Source: an uncultured delta proteobacterium (GTDB lineage Bacteria > Myxococcota_A > Polyangia > Polyangiales > Polyangiaceae). Taken from it: 64,000 nucleotides of DNA. The position numbers were made by a program, and so were the translations under genes. The stretch lies in assembly GCA_963841435.1 (NCBI GenBank), contig CAWJCS010000004.1, positions 768,001 through 832,000 of the forward strand. The letters run 5' to 3'. The notes below the pieces were generated by a model, which had not been told where the DNA came from, made no database searches, and saw only the letters and a program-made list of their open reading frames with translations. Shown here piece after piece: positions 21,407-30,869 of the stretch (the first letter of the stretch is position 1; every line of letters starts with the position of its first letter).

Positions 21407-22405
21407 TTAGACGAAGCGGAGCGGTTTGCCGGTGCGGTGCTCGTCGCGGGCGAGCTCGAGGTCGTGGTCGGTCATGAGCTTGGCGAGGTCGGCGAAGCTC
21501 GTTTTGGGCTTCCAGCCGAGGACCTCGCGCGCACGCGTGGCGTCGCCGAGCAGGAGATCGACCTCGCTCGGGCGGAGGTAGCGCGGGTCGGTTCGCACGT
21601 GCTCTTTCCAGTCGAGGCCTAGGTGTCCGAACGAGACATCGAGGAACTCGCGCACGCTGTGGGTTTCGCCGGTCGCGATCACGAAGTCCTCGGGCTCTTT
21701 GGCTTGCAGCATGAGCCACATCGCTTCGACGTAGTCCTTCGCATAGCCCCAGTCGCGCTTCGCATCCAGATTGCCGAGCGTGATTGTCTTCTGGAGGCCC
21801 ATCTTGATGCGTCCGGCGGCCCGCGTGATCTTGCGAGTAACGAAGCTTTCTCCGCGCCGCGGCGACTCGTGGTTGAACAGGATGCCGTTGACCGCGAACA
21901 TCTGGTACGCCTCGCGGTAGTTCAGCGTCGAATAGAACGCGAAAGCCTTGGCGGCGGCGTAGGGGCTACGGGGGTGAAACGGCGTCTTTTCCGTTTGTGG
22001 CACTTCCACGACGCGACCGTAGAGCTCGGAGGACGAGGCCTGATAGAAGCGGCAACCCTTCGGCCCCGACTCGCGCAGCGCTTCGAGCACCCGAAGACAT
22101 CCGACGCCCGTCACGTCCGCCGTGTACTCCGGCATGTCGAAGCTCACGCGCACGTGGCTCTGCGCTGCGAGGTTGTACACCTCGCTCGGCGCGGACCTGT
22201 CGAGTGCCTGGCGCAGGCTCGCCGAGTCGTTCAGGTCTGCGTAGTGGAGCGTGAGCGCTTCGCGCGGGAGGTGGTCGATGCGGGCGGTGTTGAAGGAAGA
22301 GGACCGGCGGACGACGCCGTGAACTTCGTACCCCTTCTCGAGCAAGAGCTCGGCGAGGTACGAGCCGTCCTGGCCCGTAATCCCGGTGATAAGCGCCTTA
22401 GGCAT
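21407..22405 (-). CDS. gmd: GDP-mannose 4,6-dehydratase
   Basis: [55 protein letters not shown]. Confidence 0.95.
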   Translation of the reverse strand: MPKALITGITGQDGSYLAELLLEKGYEVHGVVRRSSSFNTARIDHLPREALTLHYADLNDSASLRQALDRSAPSEVYNLAAQSHVRVSFDMPEYTADVTGVGCLRVLEALRESGPKGCRFYQASSSELYGRVVEVPQTEKTPFHPRSPYAAAKAFAFYSTLNYREAYQMFAVNGILFNHESPRRGESFVTRKITRAAGRIKMGLQKTITLGNLDAKRDWGYAKDYVEAMWLMLQAKEPEDFVIATGETHSVREFLDVSFGHLGLDWKEHVRTDPRYLRPSEVDLLLGDATRAREVLGWKPKTSFADLAKLMTDHDLELARDEHRTGKPLRFV

Positions 22406-22540
22406 GACGCCCTGTCTAGCACCCTTTGGCAGGGTTCGGGCGACTCACAGGGTGCATCCGCCCCGCGGTGCGGGGCCGGCGATCATGCGCCGCCGCGCCG
22501 CCCGGCGTGCAACCCCGCCGCCCGCGGCGCCCCCCGCGTG

Positions 22541-24709
22541 TCAGCGTTGTTTGCGTGAGGATGCTGGTTGCGTGAGAGGCCAGGGCGTTAAGAGCGGCAC
22601 GGGGGCCTTGGGGCCGCTCTGGCGGACCGCGCGCTCGCACTCCTCGATCGAGAGGCGGCGCGGTCCGAAGATGCTCGGATCGGCGGCGTCGGCGTCCATC
22701 AGGTCGGAGGGCTGGTCGACGCCGTAGTCGTCGGGATGGCCTGGAAGATCGAGCAGGATGTGACCGATCTCGTGCGCGAGGACGTACGAGCGCGGTCCGG
22801 CGCGGACGGCAGCGCGGTCGATCAAGACGACGTTCTGGATCGCGGCCCCGCCGTCGTCGACGAACGATTCGCCGATGCGCCCCGAGCCGCCGAATGCGGG
22901 GATCAGGAAAACGTCGATCGTGGCGGGGTCGCCGTCATCGACCGCTTTCACGAGCGTGCGCTCCTCGATGGTGCCCGCGCGGGCATCAACGTCCGTGAAG
23001 TGATCGAGACCATCGGCGAGGTCAACCTCGCCGAGGCACGCGGCGAGGGTGCGATCGGACGACAGCGGAGCCGAGCCGTCGAGGCCCAACGTCGCGGGAC
23101 TGCCGTCGCGCGCACGCACGAGCACGTCCGCGCTTCTCAGGGCCGCGCGCTGGGTGCGCGGGTTCGGGCTCACGGTCGCGGAAAAGCCGAGGGCCTCCAC
23201 GGCGTGTGCCACGTGCACCGCAACGTCGATGGGCGTCTCCCCGGGCTCGGTCGTGACCCGCGCGCGGCGCCCGCCCACGGAGAAGCGCAGCTCGCCGCCG
23301 CTGGCGGGCAGCGGAAAGTCGCAACCCACGGCCAGCAGGAAGGGTGGCGGAGGGTCCTCGACGGCGATCGCTTCCGGCGTGACCATGCCGAAGTTCACGC
23401 CGCATTGACCCCAGATGCCGGCTGCCACCTCGATCTCGTGCGCGACCATGTTGCGCGCGCCGCGCTCGTTGCCGCCCACGGCCGGTGCCGCGCCGGGCGC
23501 CCCTCGCAGCACGTGGGTGCGGAGCGTCGCGCGCAGGCGTTCGATCGGGCCGAGCGCCGTGACGCGTGGACCTCCGACGCGCACGCTCGTCGCCCGCCGG
23601 CCGTAGGCACTCACCGTGAGCCGCCCGCCGACTTCGGCCTGGATCGAGCTCGCCGCGAAGCTCGGGTGGCGCCGATCGACCTGGTCGCTCGTGGCGCGGA
23701 TGGGCGCTGTAGTGCGGCATGCGATGAGCGGTGGTGACCCGCTCGGACACGCCGCCGGCTCGAGTGGCAGGCGCGCGATGTGGTCGAGAGCGGAGCCGTC
23801 GGGGCGCGTGCTCGTCAGCGCGACGGCTTCCGGTAGGTCCTCGAGCGGGCCCGCCACCACCCAGCGCAGCGCGTCGGGGTCGCGCGCGGGGGTCGGCCCC
23901 CCGTCGTTGAGCGGCAGGGGCAGCACGCGAGACATGGAAGCGTGGGAGCGCGCCAGGTCCACGCGCGCTCCCTGGTCGTCGACGGCCATCACGTCGAGCA
24001 CGCTCACGCGTCGCGGCACACCATCGATCTCGAGTGTCGTCGCGCCAGGCGCGAGACCCTGAAGGCCGAGTCGCCGCGGGGCTCGCCCGCTGCCGTGCCA
24101 TGGCTTGTTCCCGGCGATGAAGCGGGCGATGCCCCCTTCGAGCCGCCCCACGCGCGAGACCGCCTGAAGGTAGAGCACGCCCGCCGCGCGCCGCCCCAGC
24201 GGGTCTTGTTCCGAGTCCGCCACGCCGTCGTCGTCGTCGTCGTCCAAGTCCGCGAAGACGAGAAACGGAGCGGCGCCGGACTGGGTGCGGGCCTGCGGAA
24301 CGTCGAGGTTGGTCGGATCCTCGCCGCCCGCGTCGGGTGCGTCGTCACGCCGGGTCTTCGGGTCGCCACCCGGGGGGGGCGAGCTCGTGGTTTCCGTCCC
24401 CGATGGGTCCGGTTGCGGCGAAGCCCTGCGCGCGTCGAGGGGCTCGGTGCCCGTGCGCGCCGCGGACTCGGCGCGCGCTGGCGTTGCAGCGGGGCGCCCC
24501 TGAGCTCGCGAGGCCAGGACGAGGAGCCCCGCCGTCAGCAACGCCCACGAGGGCGCGTCCAGGCGCGCTCGCCAGCCCCGAGGTCGGGAAGAAGGGGGAG
24601 CACTCCGCACGTCACCCAGTATGTCACCAAGCCTCCGTCGCGTCTTTTGTTCGAGGCGAGCCTCGTTGACGCAAAGCGCTCGCGTTCCGACCGTCGCCGG
24701 CGGGGTCAA
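22541..24709 (-). CDS. Hypothetical exported protein with C-terminal zinc-metallopeptidase-like motif
   Basis: Hydrophobic N-terminal segment, DLDDDDDDGVAD acidic motif, LAHEIGHILLDLPGH...LMD. Start uncertain. Confidence 0.6.
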   Translation of the reverse strand: MTPPATVGTRALCVNEARLEQKTRRRLGDILGDVRSAPPSSRPRGWRARLDAPSWALLTAGLLVLASRAQGRPAATPARAESAARTGTEPLDARRASPQPDPSGTETTSSPPPGGDPKTRRDDAPDAGGEDPTNLDVPQARTQSGAAPFLVFADLDDDDDDGVADSEQDPLGRRAAGVLYLQAVSRVGRLEGGIARFIAGNKPWHGSGRAPRRLGLQGLAPGATTLEIDGVPRRVSVLDVMAVDDQGARVDLARSHASMSRVLPLPLNDGGPTPARDPDALRWVVAGPLEDLPEAVALTSTRPDGSALDHIARLPLEPAACPSGSPPLIACRTTAPIRATSDQVDRRHPSFAASSIQAEVGGRLTVSAYGRRATSVRVGGPRVTALGPIERLRATLRTHVLRGAPGAAPAVGGNERGARNMVAHEIEVAAGIWGQCGVNFGMVTPEAIAVEDPPPPFLLAVGCDFPLPASGGELRFSVGGRRARVTTEPGETPIDVAVHVAHAVEALGFSATVSPNPRTQRAALRSADVLVRARDGSPATLGLDGSAPLSSDRTLAACLGEVDLADGLDHFTDVDARAGTIEERTLVKAVDDGDPATIDVFLIPAFGGSGRIGESFVDDGGAAIQNVVLIDRAAVRAGPRSYVLAHEIGHILLDLPGHPDDYGVDQPSDLMDADAADPSIFGPRRLSIEECERAVRQSGPKAPVPLLTPWPLTQPASSRKQR

Positions 24710-26082
24710 TCGCGCGAGAGAGAACGCGAGGACCGCAAACGCGAGCGCAGCACGCGCAACACGCCTTCTGGGCCGAGCTTGCCGGCGTAGGCGAGCGTGT
24801 CCCTTGCTCGTCGCACCTTGCCGACAACGCGCTCTTCGAGCCCCGCGTCGGGCCCCACGGTCTGCCCGAGGGCGTCGGCGTACCAGGTCGAGAAGGCAAG
24901 GTAACGCTCGAGAGAGTCGTCGGCCGCGCCCGCGAGCGACTCCGGCAGCGCAAGCCCGGCGCCACGGCAGGCGGCGGCATAGAGCCTTTGCCAGTGGGCG
25001 ACCACGACGCGATCCGCGAATCGACCCGCTGCGCGCTGTTGGGCCCCGCGCGACAGCGACGCGCGGAGCGTGGCATCGGCGGCGAGCGCCTTCACCGCGT
25101 AGGCGAAACCCCGGGCGGAGGTCACGATCAGGCCCCCTTGCCCGTGACCGACGACTTCCACCTGGGCGTTGTCGAGCGTGGGAGTCGTATCGGTCACGAC
25201 CGGCAGGCCGTGGAACATGCCTTCCGCCACCGCCAGGCCAAACGATTCTCCAATCCCGGAGCTATGCACCATCAGATCCGACGCTGCATGGACTCGGGCG
25301 ATGCTCTCGAGCTCGAGTGTCGGCTCCACGCACAGGACGCGGCGGCCGAATCGCCGCGTGAGCAACGCGGCTTTCTCCGGCGGAGCCGCCATGAAAAGGA
25401 ACCTGAGCCGTGGTACGCGCTCGAACAGCTCGGGCAGCGCGAGCTCCAGGCGGGTGCTCCACTTTCTGAGGTCGGGGCGGGCGACGCGGCAGCACACGAA
25501 GGCGTCGGCATCGATCCCGAGCGCCGCGCGAGCGACATCCCGTGGCGGCAGCTCCGGCGCGCCGAAGCCGTCCGGCGTGGGCACCGGCAGGTAGACCGCG
25601 CGGTGGCCGCGCTCGTAGAGGGCACGCATGTCCGTCCCCGTCTGGCCGGCCTGCCGCTGCATGCTCGCGAGCGACATGTGTCCCGTGATGGCGGGTGGCT
25701 TGGCCTCGCGGAAGGCGGGGGGCCGCCCAAACACGTTGGTTTCGACGACCACGGGGACTCCGGCTTTTGCGCACAGCTCCTGCACGGTTCGCGAGTAGGC
25801 GCAGTCGCGCTCCGAGCGCACGTAGTGGAGCAAGGCGGGGCGGAACGTCGCGAGCACGTCGGCGAGCCGGCCGAGCTGCCCTTCGAGCTCGGTTGCCCGG
25901 ACCCCGCGGGTCACGAGCCGGTCGTAGCGCGGACCTCCCCAAAGCCCCACGACGAGCACGTCGAACGCCGCGCGATCGAGCAGCGCGGCGCGAACCTCGA
26001 CGGCCTGCTCCGTGCCGCCGAGCCCCCACCCGCCGCCGAGCTCGATCACCCGCAGCCGCGGCGTTTCCGTTGCGAGTTCCAA
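24706..26082 (-). CDS. Glycosyltransferase family 4
   Basis: SSGIGESFGLAVAEGMFHGLPVV (EX7E). Start estimated; the ORF track extension overlaps the opposite-strand gene. Confidence 0.8.
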   Translation of the reverse strand: MELATETPRLRVIELGGGWGLGGTEQAVEVRAALLDRAAFDVLVVGLWGGPRYDRLVTRGVRATELEGQLGRLADVLATFRPALLHYVRSERDCAYSRTVQELCAKAGVPVVVETNVFGRPPAFREAKPPAITGHMSLASMQRQAGQTGTDMRALYERGHRAVYLPVPTPDGFGAPELPPRDVARAALGIDADAFVCCRVARPDLRKWSTRLELALPELFERVPRLRFLFMAAPPEKAALLTRRFGRRVLCVEPTLELESIARVHAASDLMVHSSGIGESFGLAVAEGMFHGLPVVTDTTPTLDNAQVEVVGHGQGGLIVTSARGFAYAVKALAADATLRASLSRGAQQRAAGRFADRVVVAHWQRLYAAACRGAGLALPESLAGAADDSLERYLAFSTWYADALGQTVGPDAGLEERVVGKVRRARDTLAYAGKLGPEGVLRVLRSRLRSSRSLSRD

Positions 26083-26191
26083 GAGGCCGTGCGCTCCGAC
26101 ACCGGCTCGACTGCCGGGCCGGCCAGAGTCGTCTTCTAGCACGGGCGTTTGCGGCCCTCGACGACATTGGCGCACGACGAGGGCTGCCACT

Positions 26192-26794
26192 ATGCTCGCC
26201 CGCGTGCGTGCCGCCCTCCAGTTCGCGCTCTGGCGCTTGAGGCTCGTCGAAGCGGATACCCAGACGACCCGCCGCGAACGCGACGCCTTGAGTCGCCACG
26301 CACGCGACTCCTCCCGACCGGTCGAGATTGGCGTGTGGCAGGGCGTGACGACCAAGCGCCTGCGTGCCGCCATGGCGCCGAGCGCGGAGCTCTGGGCAAT
26401 CGATCCGTACGTCGCGGGGCGACTCGGCGTGAGTCTTCCCGAGCTCATCGCGCGTCGCGAGGTGGAATCGGTCGAGAATGGCCGGGTTCGCTGGATCAAG
26501 ATGACCGGGGCCGACGCCGCTTCGCGGTGGACCCTCGAGGGGCGCGAGCCGACCGATTTCGTCTTCGTGGACGGCGACCACAGCTGGGAAGGCATCGAGA
26601 CGGATTGGACGGCCTGGAGCCCTCTCGTCGGCCCCGGCGGCCGGGTAGCACTCCACGATTCGCGTCCGACACCGGCGCGACGGATGGAGGGTGCGGGCAG
26701 CGTCCGCTTCACGCAGGAGCGCATCCTCGTCGATCCCCGGTTTCGCGTGATCGACGAAGTGGACTCGCTCACCGTGGTCGAGCGGCTCGGGTGA
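26192..26794 (+). CDS. Class I SAM-dependent methyltransferase (Methyltransf_24-like)
   Basis: VEIGVWQG, WAIDPY, DFVFVDGDHS, VALHD. Confidence 0.82.
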   Translation: MLARVRAALQFALWRLRLVEADTQTTRRERDALSRHARDSSRPVEIGVWQGVTTKRLRAAMAPSAELWAIDPYVAGRLGVSLPELIARREVESVENGRVRWIKMTGADAASRWTLEGREPTDFVFVDGDHSWEGIETDWTAWSPLVGPGGRVALHDSRPTPARRMEGAGSVRFTQERILVDPRFRVIDEVDSLTVVERLG

Positions 26795-26818
26795 GGGACG
26801 CCCGGGCGAGCTCCTGCC

Positions 26819-27898
26819 ATGAACGTTTGGGTGATTGCCGATGTCTCGCGCGCCGTGCCGGGCGGCATGCGTCGGCACATGGAGTTGCACGCCCTCGGTC
26901 TCGTCCGCGCCGGTCACCGAGCGCGTACCATCTTCAGCGAGGACCTGGTCGGTCTCGAGCGCTTGCTCGACTTTCGTGCGCTGGGCACCCGTAGCTACCT
27001 CTTGCTTCGCGATCGCTACCGAACCGAGCGACCGGACGTCGTCAACGTGCACACGTGGTGCGCGCCAGCCTGGATCCTTGCGCGCCGGGCCGGCCTCGTC
27101 AACGCCAAGATCGTGGTGATGTCCTACGCCGCGGACGAGCCCGCCGTCCCGCTCGTCCGCCCTCGCGATCTGCTGCAGTTCGCGCGCTTTGCCGTGCCCG
27201 CGCGGACGACGTTCCCGCTTGCGGATGGGATCTGGTGCGTGAACCAGGCGGACGTGGACTACTACGTGGGGCGGTACGGCGTCGCACCGCATCGGGTTGC
27301 GCGCTTCCCGCACGCCGTGGCCGACGGGTTTTACGCACCCGAGCCGCAGCCTTTGCGCCGACCCCGACAAGTGCTGTTCGTCGGGACGTGGATCCACAGA
27401 AAGGGCGTCGACGTGCTCGCCGCAGCACTGAAGCGCGTCGTCGTGGAGCTGCCGGACATCGAGGTCGTGATCGCAGGCACCGTCTCAGACGAGCAGGCAG
27501 TCGTCGCCGACCTGGCGCCCGACGTGGCGGCCAGAACGCGCGTGATCCCGCTGGCGGACGACGACACGCTGCGCGCACTTTACCGGGAGAGCGCCCTGCT
27601 GCTCTTGCCGTCGCGCCGCGAAGGTCTGCCCATCACCATGTTGGAGGCGATGGCATCGGGCTGTCCGCCGCTCGCCGCCGCGAACTCCGGGATGGTAGAT
27701 GTCATCAGGCCGGGAAAAAATGGCTGGCTCGAGAGCTCGTTCGATCCGTCACGTTGGGCCGCCCGCGTCGTCGAGATCCTGAGGAACGAAGACGGCCTCG
27801 CCGCCGCCTCGCGTGGGGCGCGTCAAAACGCCGAAGCATTCCGCGTCAACGCCGTGGCGGCGGAGGTTGCGCGCTTCTATCAGGCGCTCGAGCGCTGA
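26819..27898 (+). CDS. Glycosyltransferase family 4
   Basis: LFVGTWIHRKG, PSRREGLPITMLEAMASG. Confidence 0.9.
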   Translation: MNVWVIADVSRAVPGGMRRHMELHALGLVRAGHRARTIFSEDLVGLERLLDFRALGTRSYLLLRDRYRTERPDVVNVHTWCAPAWILARRAGLVNAKIVVMSYAADEPAVPLVRPRDLLQFARFAVPARTTFPLADGIWCVNQADVDYYVGRYGVAPHRVARFPHAVADGFYAPEPQPLRRPRQVLFVGTWIHRKGVDVLAAALKRVVVELPDIEVVIAGTVSDEQAVVADLAPDVAARTRVIPLADDDTLRALYRESALLLLPSRREGLPITMLEAMASGCPPLAAANSGMVDVIRPGKNGWLESSFDPSRWAARVVEILRNEDGLAAASRGARQNAEAFRVNAVAAEVARFYQALER

Positions 27899-28845
27899 TT
27901 TTCTCGTTCGAGCGCGGCCTGCTCGGCGACCACCATGCGGTGCGCGAGCTCACCGAGCGAGACGCTCGCCTGCCAGCCGAGGCGCTTGAGGGCGTGCGAG
28001 GGGTCGGCATGAAGCGCCCGCACTTCGCCTGGGCGAAAAAGCTTCGGATCCGAGGTCACGTAGTCTTCGGCCGTGAGGTCGAGCTCGTCGAATACCAGCT
28101 TTACGAACTCGCCGAGCGGGTGGGACTGTCCCGTCGCGATCACGAAGTCTTCAGGAGCGTCGAGGCCGAGCATGCGCCACATGGCCTCCACGTACTCCGG
28201 AGCCCAGCCCCAATCGCGGACGACGCGGAGGTCGCCCAACACGAGGCGATCCGCCGCGCCCCGCGCGATGTCACAAGCGGCGCGGACGATCTTTCGCGTG
28301 ACGAAGCGCTCCGGGCGTCGCGGCGATTCGTGATTGTAGAGGAACCCGATGGCGGCGAACACGCCGTGGTAGCGGCGGTAGCTTCGTGCGAGCTCCACAG
28401 CGGCCGCTTTCGACAGCGCGTACGGGCTTGCCGGAGCAAGCGGCGTGCCCTCGTTGGCGCGCGCCGTCCCGGTGTCGCCGAAGACTTCTCCGGAACCTGC
28501 GATGAAGACCCGCGGGGGGCGTGCGGCCCTGCGGGACGCCTCGAGCACGTTCAGCGTCGTCAGCGCGATACTGCGGAAGGTGAGGGCGGGCTCGGCGAAC
28601 GAGAGCCCGACCGAGCTCTGCCCGGCGAGGTGATACACCTGGTCTGGGCCGAGCTCGGCGAAGAGGCGTTCCACCGACGGCGCGTGCTCCAGATCGAGCG
28701 CGCGGATCTCGATCGCGGTGCCAGCGGGCGTGGGCGGGCCGGTTTTGCGCGACGTGCCGACGACGCGGTAGCCCTTGCCGAGCAGTAGTTCGGCAAGGTA
28801 ACTCCCGTCCTGGCCCGTGATACCTGTGATGAGCGCCGTCGTCAC
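27880..28845 (-). CDS. Second GDP-mannose 4,6-dehydratase-like enzyme
   Basis: [58 protein letters not shown] 28845. Confidence 0.85.
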   Translation of the reverse strand: MTTALITGITGQDGSYLAELLLGKGYRVVGTSRKTGPPTPAGTAIEIRALDLEHAPSVERLFAELGPDQVYHLAGQSSVGLSFAEPALTFRSIALTTLNVLEASRRAARPPRVFIAGSGEVFGDTGTARANEGTPLAPASPYALSKAAAVELARSYRRYHGVFAAIGFLYNHESPRRPERFVTRKIVRAACDIARGAADRLVLGDLRVVRDWGWAPEYVEAMWRMLGLDAPEDFVIATGQSHPLGEFVKLVFDELDLTAEDYVTSDPKLFRPGEVRALHADPSHALKRLGWQASVSLGELAHRMVVAEQAALERENQRSSA

Positions 28846-28863
28846 GCGAGCTTGGAACCTAAC

Positions 28864-29991
28864 ATGAAGCTTGCCGTGCTGTGCGACCTCTTGGAAGAGC
28901 GGTGGCCGAGCATGGACCTCGTGGCCGAGCAGCTTGCGCTGCACGCGGCGCGCCTGCCCGGAGTCGAGGTGGCATGCGTGCGGCCCGTGGTTCCGCCGCG
29001 CTTCGCGCCGGCCGCTCGCCGCTCGGCTGCTGGTCAGAAGCTCGCGTTGGCGGTCTTGCGATATGCGTACTATCCGAGCCTGGTCGTGCGCGGCAGTCGC
29101 GCCGATTGGTACCACGTCGCCGACCACAGCTATGCGCACCTTGCCCTCGCGCTGCCGCGTGGGCGCGTTGGCATCTACTGCCACGACGTGGACGCCTTCC
29201 GTCCGCTCTGGACAGCCTCGGCGAGCACCCCGGCGCGCGCGCTCGCTTCCGTGCTGAGGCGCGGATTGCGCCGCGCCGTGGTGGTGTTCCACTCGACGCC
29301 CGCGGTGGGCGAAGAGATCGTGGAGCGCGAGCTGGTCCGGCGCGACCGCGTGGTGCTGGCGCCTTACGGGGTTGCTTCCGAGTTTCGGCACGAGCCAGCC
29401 CGCGAGGCCTCGCCGCCGGCCGTGCGCGCACCGTTCGTTCTCCACGTGGGCAGCCTCATCCCCAGAAAGAATCCCGAATTCTTGATCGAGTGGTTCCTCG
29501 GCCTGCGCGAGGCGCGCCCCGATCTCGAGCTCGTTCAGATTGGCGGCGAGCTGCCGGGCGCATTGCGCGAGAAGCTCGCACGCGCCGGGGCCCTCGGTCA
29601 CTTCCACGGACTCAGGGGACTTTCGCGCAGCGAGCTCGCCGCGTACTACCGCGCGGCACGTCTCGTCGTGCTTCCGAGCCTGGCCGAAGGCTTCGGCCTT
29701 CCTCTCGTCGAGGCGCTCGCTTGTGGCGCACCCGTGCTCGCGAGCGACCTGCCCGTCCTGCGCCAAGTCGGCGGCGAGGGCGTCGTCTACGCGCCGGTCG
29801 GGGACCGCGAGAGCTTCGTTCGCGTGGCCCTCCGGCTACTCGTCGGCGACGGAGTGCCACCACTCGCCACCCGGTTGGAGGTCGCAGAGAGGTACAGCTG
29901 GAGCGCGCACGCTTCGACCGTCGTCGACGCCTACGTGTCGCGAGCGCCCCGGAGCCAGAACGACAGCGCCACCCCGCGCCGTCGCGTGTAG
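28864..29991 (+). CDS. Glycosyltransferase family 4
   Basis: EERWPSMD, HVGSLIPRKN, PSLAEGFGLPLVEALACG. Confidence 0.9.
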   Translation: MKLAVLCDLLEERWPSMDLVAEQLALHAARLPGVEVACVRPVVPPRFAPAARRSAAGQKLALAVLRYAYYPSLVVRGSRADWYHVADHSYAHLALALPRGRVGIYCHDVDAFRPLWTASASTPARALASVLRRGLRRAVVVFHSTPAVGEEIVERELVRRDRVVLAPYGVASEFRHEPAREASPPAVRAPFVLHVGSLIPRKNPEFLIEWFLGLREARPDLELVQIGGELPGALREKLARAGALGHFHGLRGLSRSELAAYYRAARLVVLPSLAEGFGLPLVEALACGAPVLASDLPVLRQVGGEGVVYAPVGDRESFVRVALRLLVGDGVPPLATRLEVAERYSWSAHASTVVDAYVSRAPRSQNDSATPRRRV

Positions 29992-30755
29992 ATGTAGCCG
30001 AGGGGCAAAAGCACTAGCATCAGCGTGTAGGCACCGAGCCTCAAGGGCCGGTTCCACACGCCGGGCGGCGTCCACCGGTCTGCACCGGCCCCGATCCGGG
30101 CGCGCAGGCTCCTGAGAGCACTCGACTTGAACCAGTTGAAGCGTGTGAACGCATGATAGTGGTAAACCTGCGCGCGGTACTTGAGCGGGAAGGGGTCGCG
30201 ATCGGCGTTGACCACGCGAGTCACGAGCTCGTCGTTTTGCCGCAGGTCATCCGCCGTTGCGAGCTGACCATCGTCCAGCGGGTACACGTATCCGAACAGC
30301 GGGTCGAGCACGCGCCACTTCCCGTCGAGCTCCGCTTCGACCACGACGTGGCCCGCATAGCTGTCCGTCAGCCCGATGAGCAGCTTGCGCGAAGGGATCT
30401 CGAACGCGTCGAGCGCCGCGATCAGCAGCGTGGAGCGCTGCGAGCACCCGCCACCGCGCTTGAGCAGGACTAGCGGAAACCGGTAGTAGAACGAGTCAGC
30501 GTTCTCGAGCTTGGCGTCGGGGCCCCTGGCGAAGTGCCGATGCAGCTCGTTCACGTGCCGCGTCGCGAGCACGGCGAACTCGGTGTCGGTCTTGGCGGCC
30601 GCGCGCAGAGGTGCAAACTCCTGCCGGACGCGGTAGAGCTGGTAGTAGCTCGTGGCCAGCAGCACCGCGGCCAAGGTCGCGATCAGCCACCACCCCGCCG
30701 CGAGCCAAGCGGTGGGTCGGCGCGCGCGCTTTGGCGAAGGTTTCGAAGTGTTCAT
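29931..30755 (-). CDS. Membrane-anchored transglutaminase-like domain protein
   Basis: Cys-His-Asp triad GGGCSQRS...GHVVVE...WRVLDP; hydrophobic segments at both ends. Confidence 0.72.
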   Translation of the reverse strand: MNTSKPSPKRARRPTAWLAAGWWLIATLAAVLLATSYYQLYRVRQEFAPLRAAAKTDTEFAVLATRHVNELHRHFARGPDAKLENADSFYYRFPLVLLKRGGGCSQRSTLLIAALDAFEIPSRKLLIGLTDSYAGHVVVEAELDGKWRVLDPLFGYVYPLDDGQLATADDLRQNDELVTRVVNADRDPFPLKYRAQVYHYHAFTRFNWFKSSALRSLRARIGAGADRWTPPGVWNRPLRLGAYTLMLVLLPLGYIYTRRRGVALSFWLRGARDT

Positions 30756-30869
30756 GACGGAGTTCCGACCGGTCAGACGACGGCGAGGCGAAACCGGGCG
30801 CAGGCGCAAGCCTAGGGCAATTCGGCGCTCGGGCGATGCCGAACGCTTGCATCAAGGACGATTGGACGA

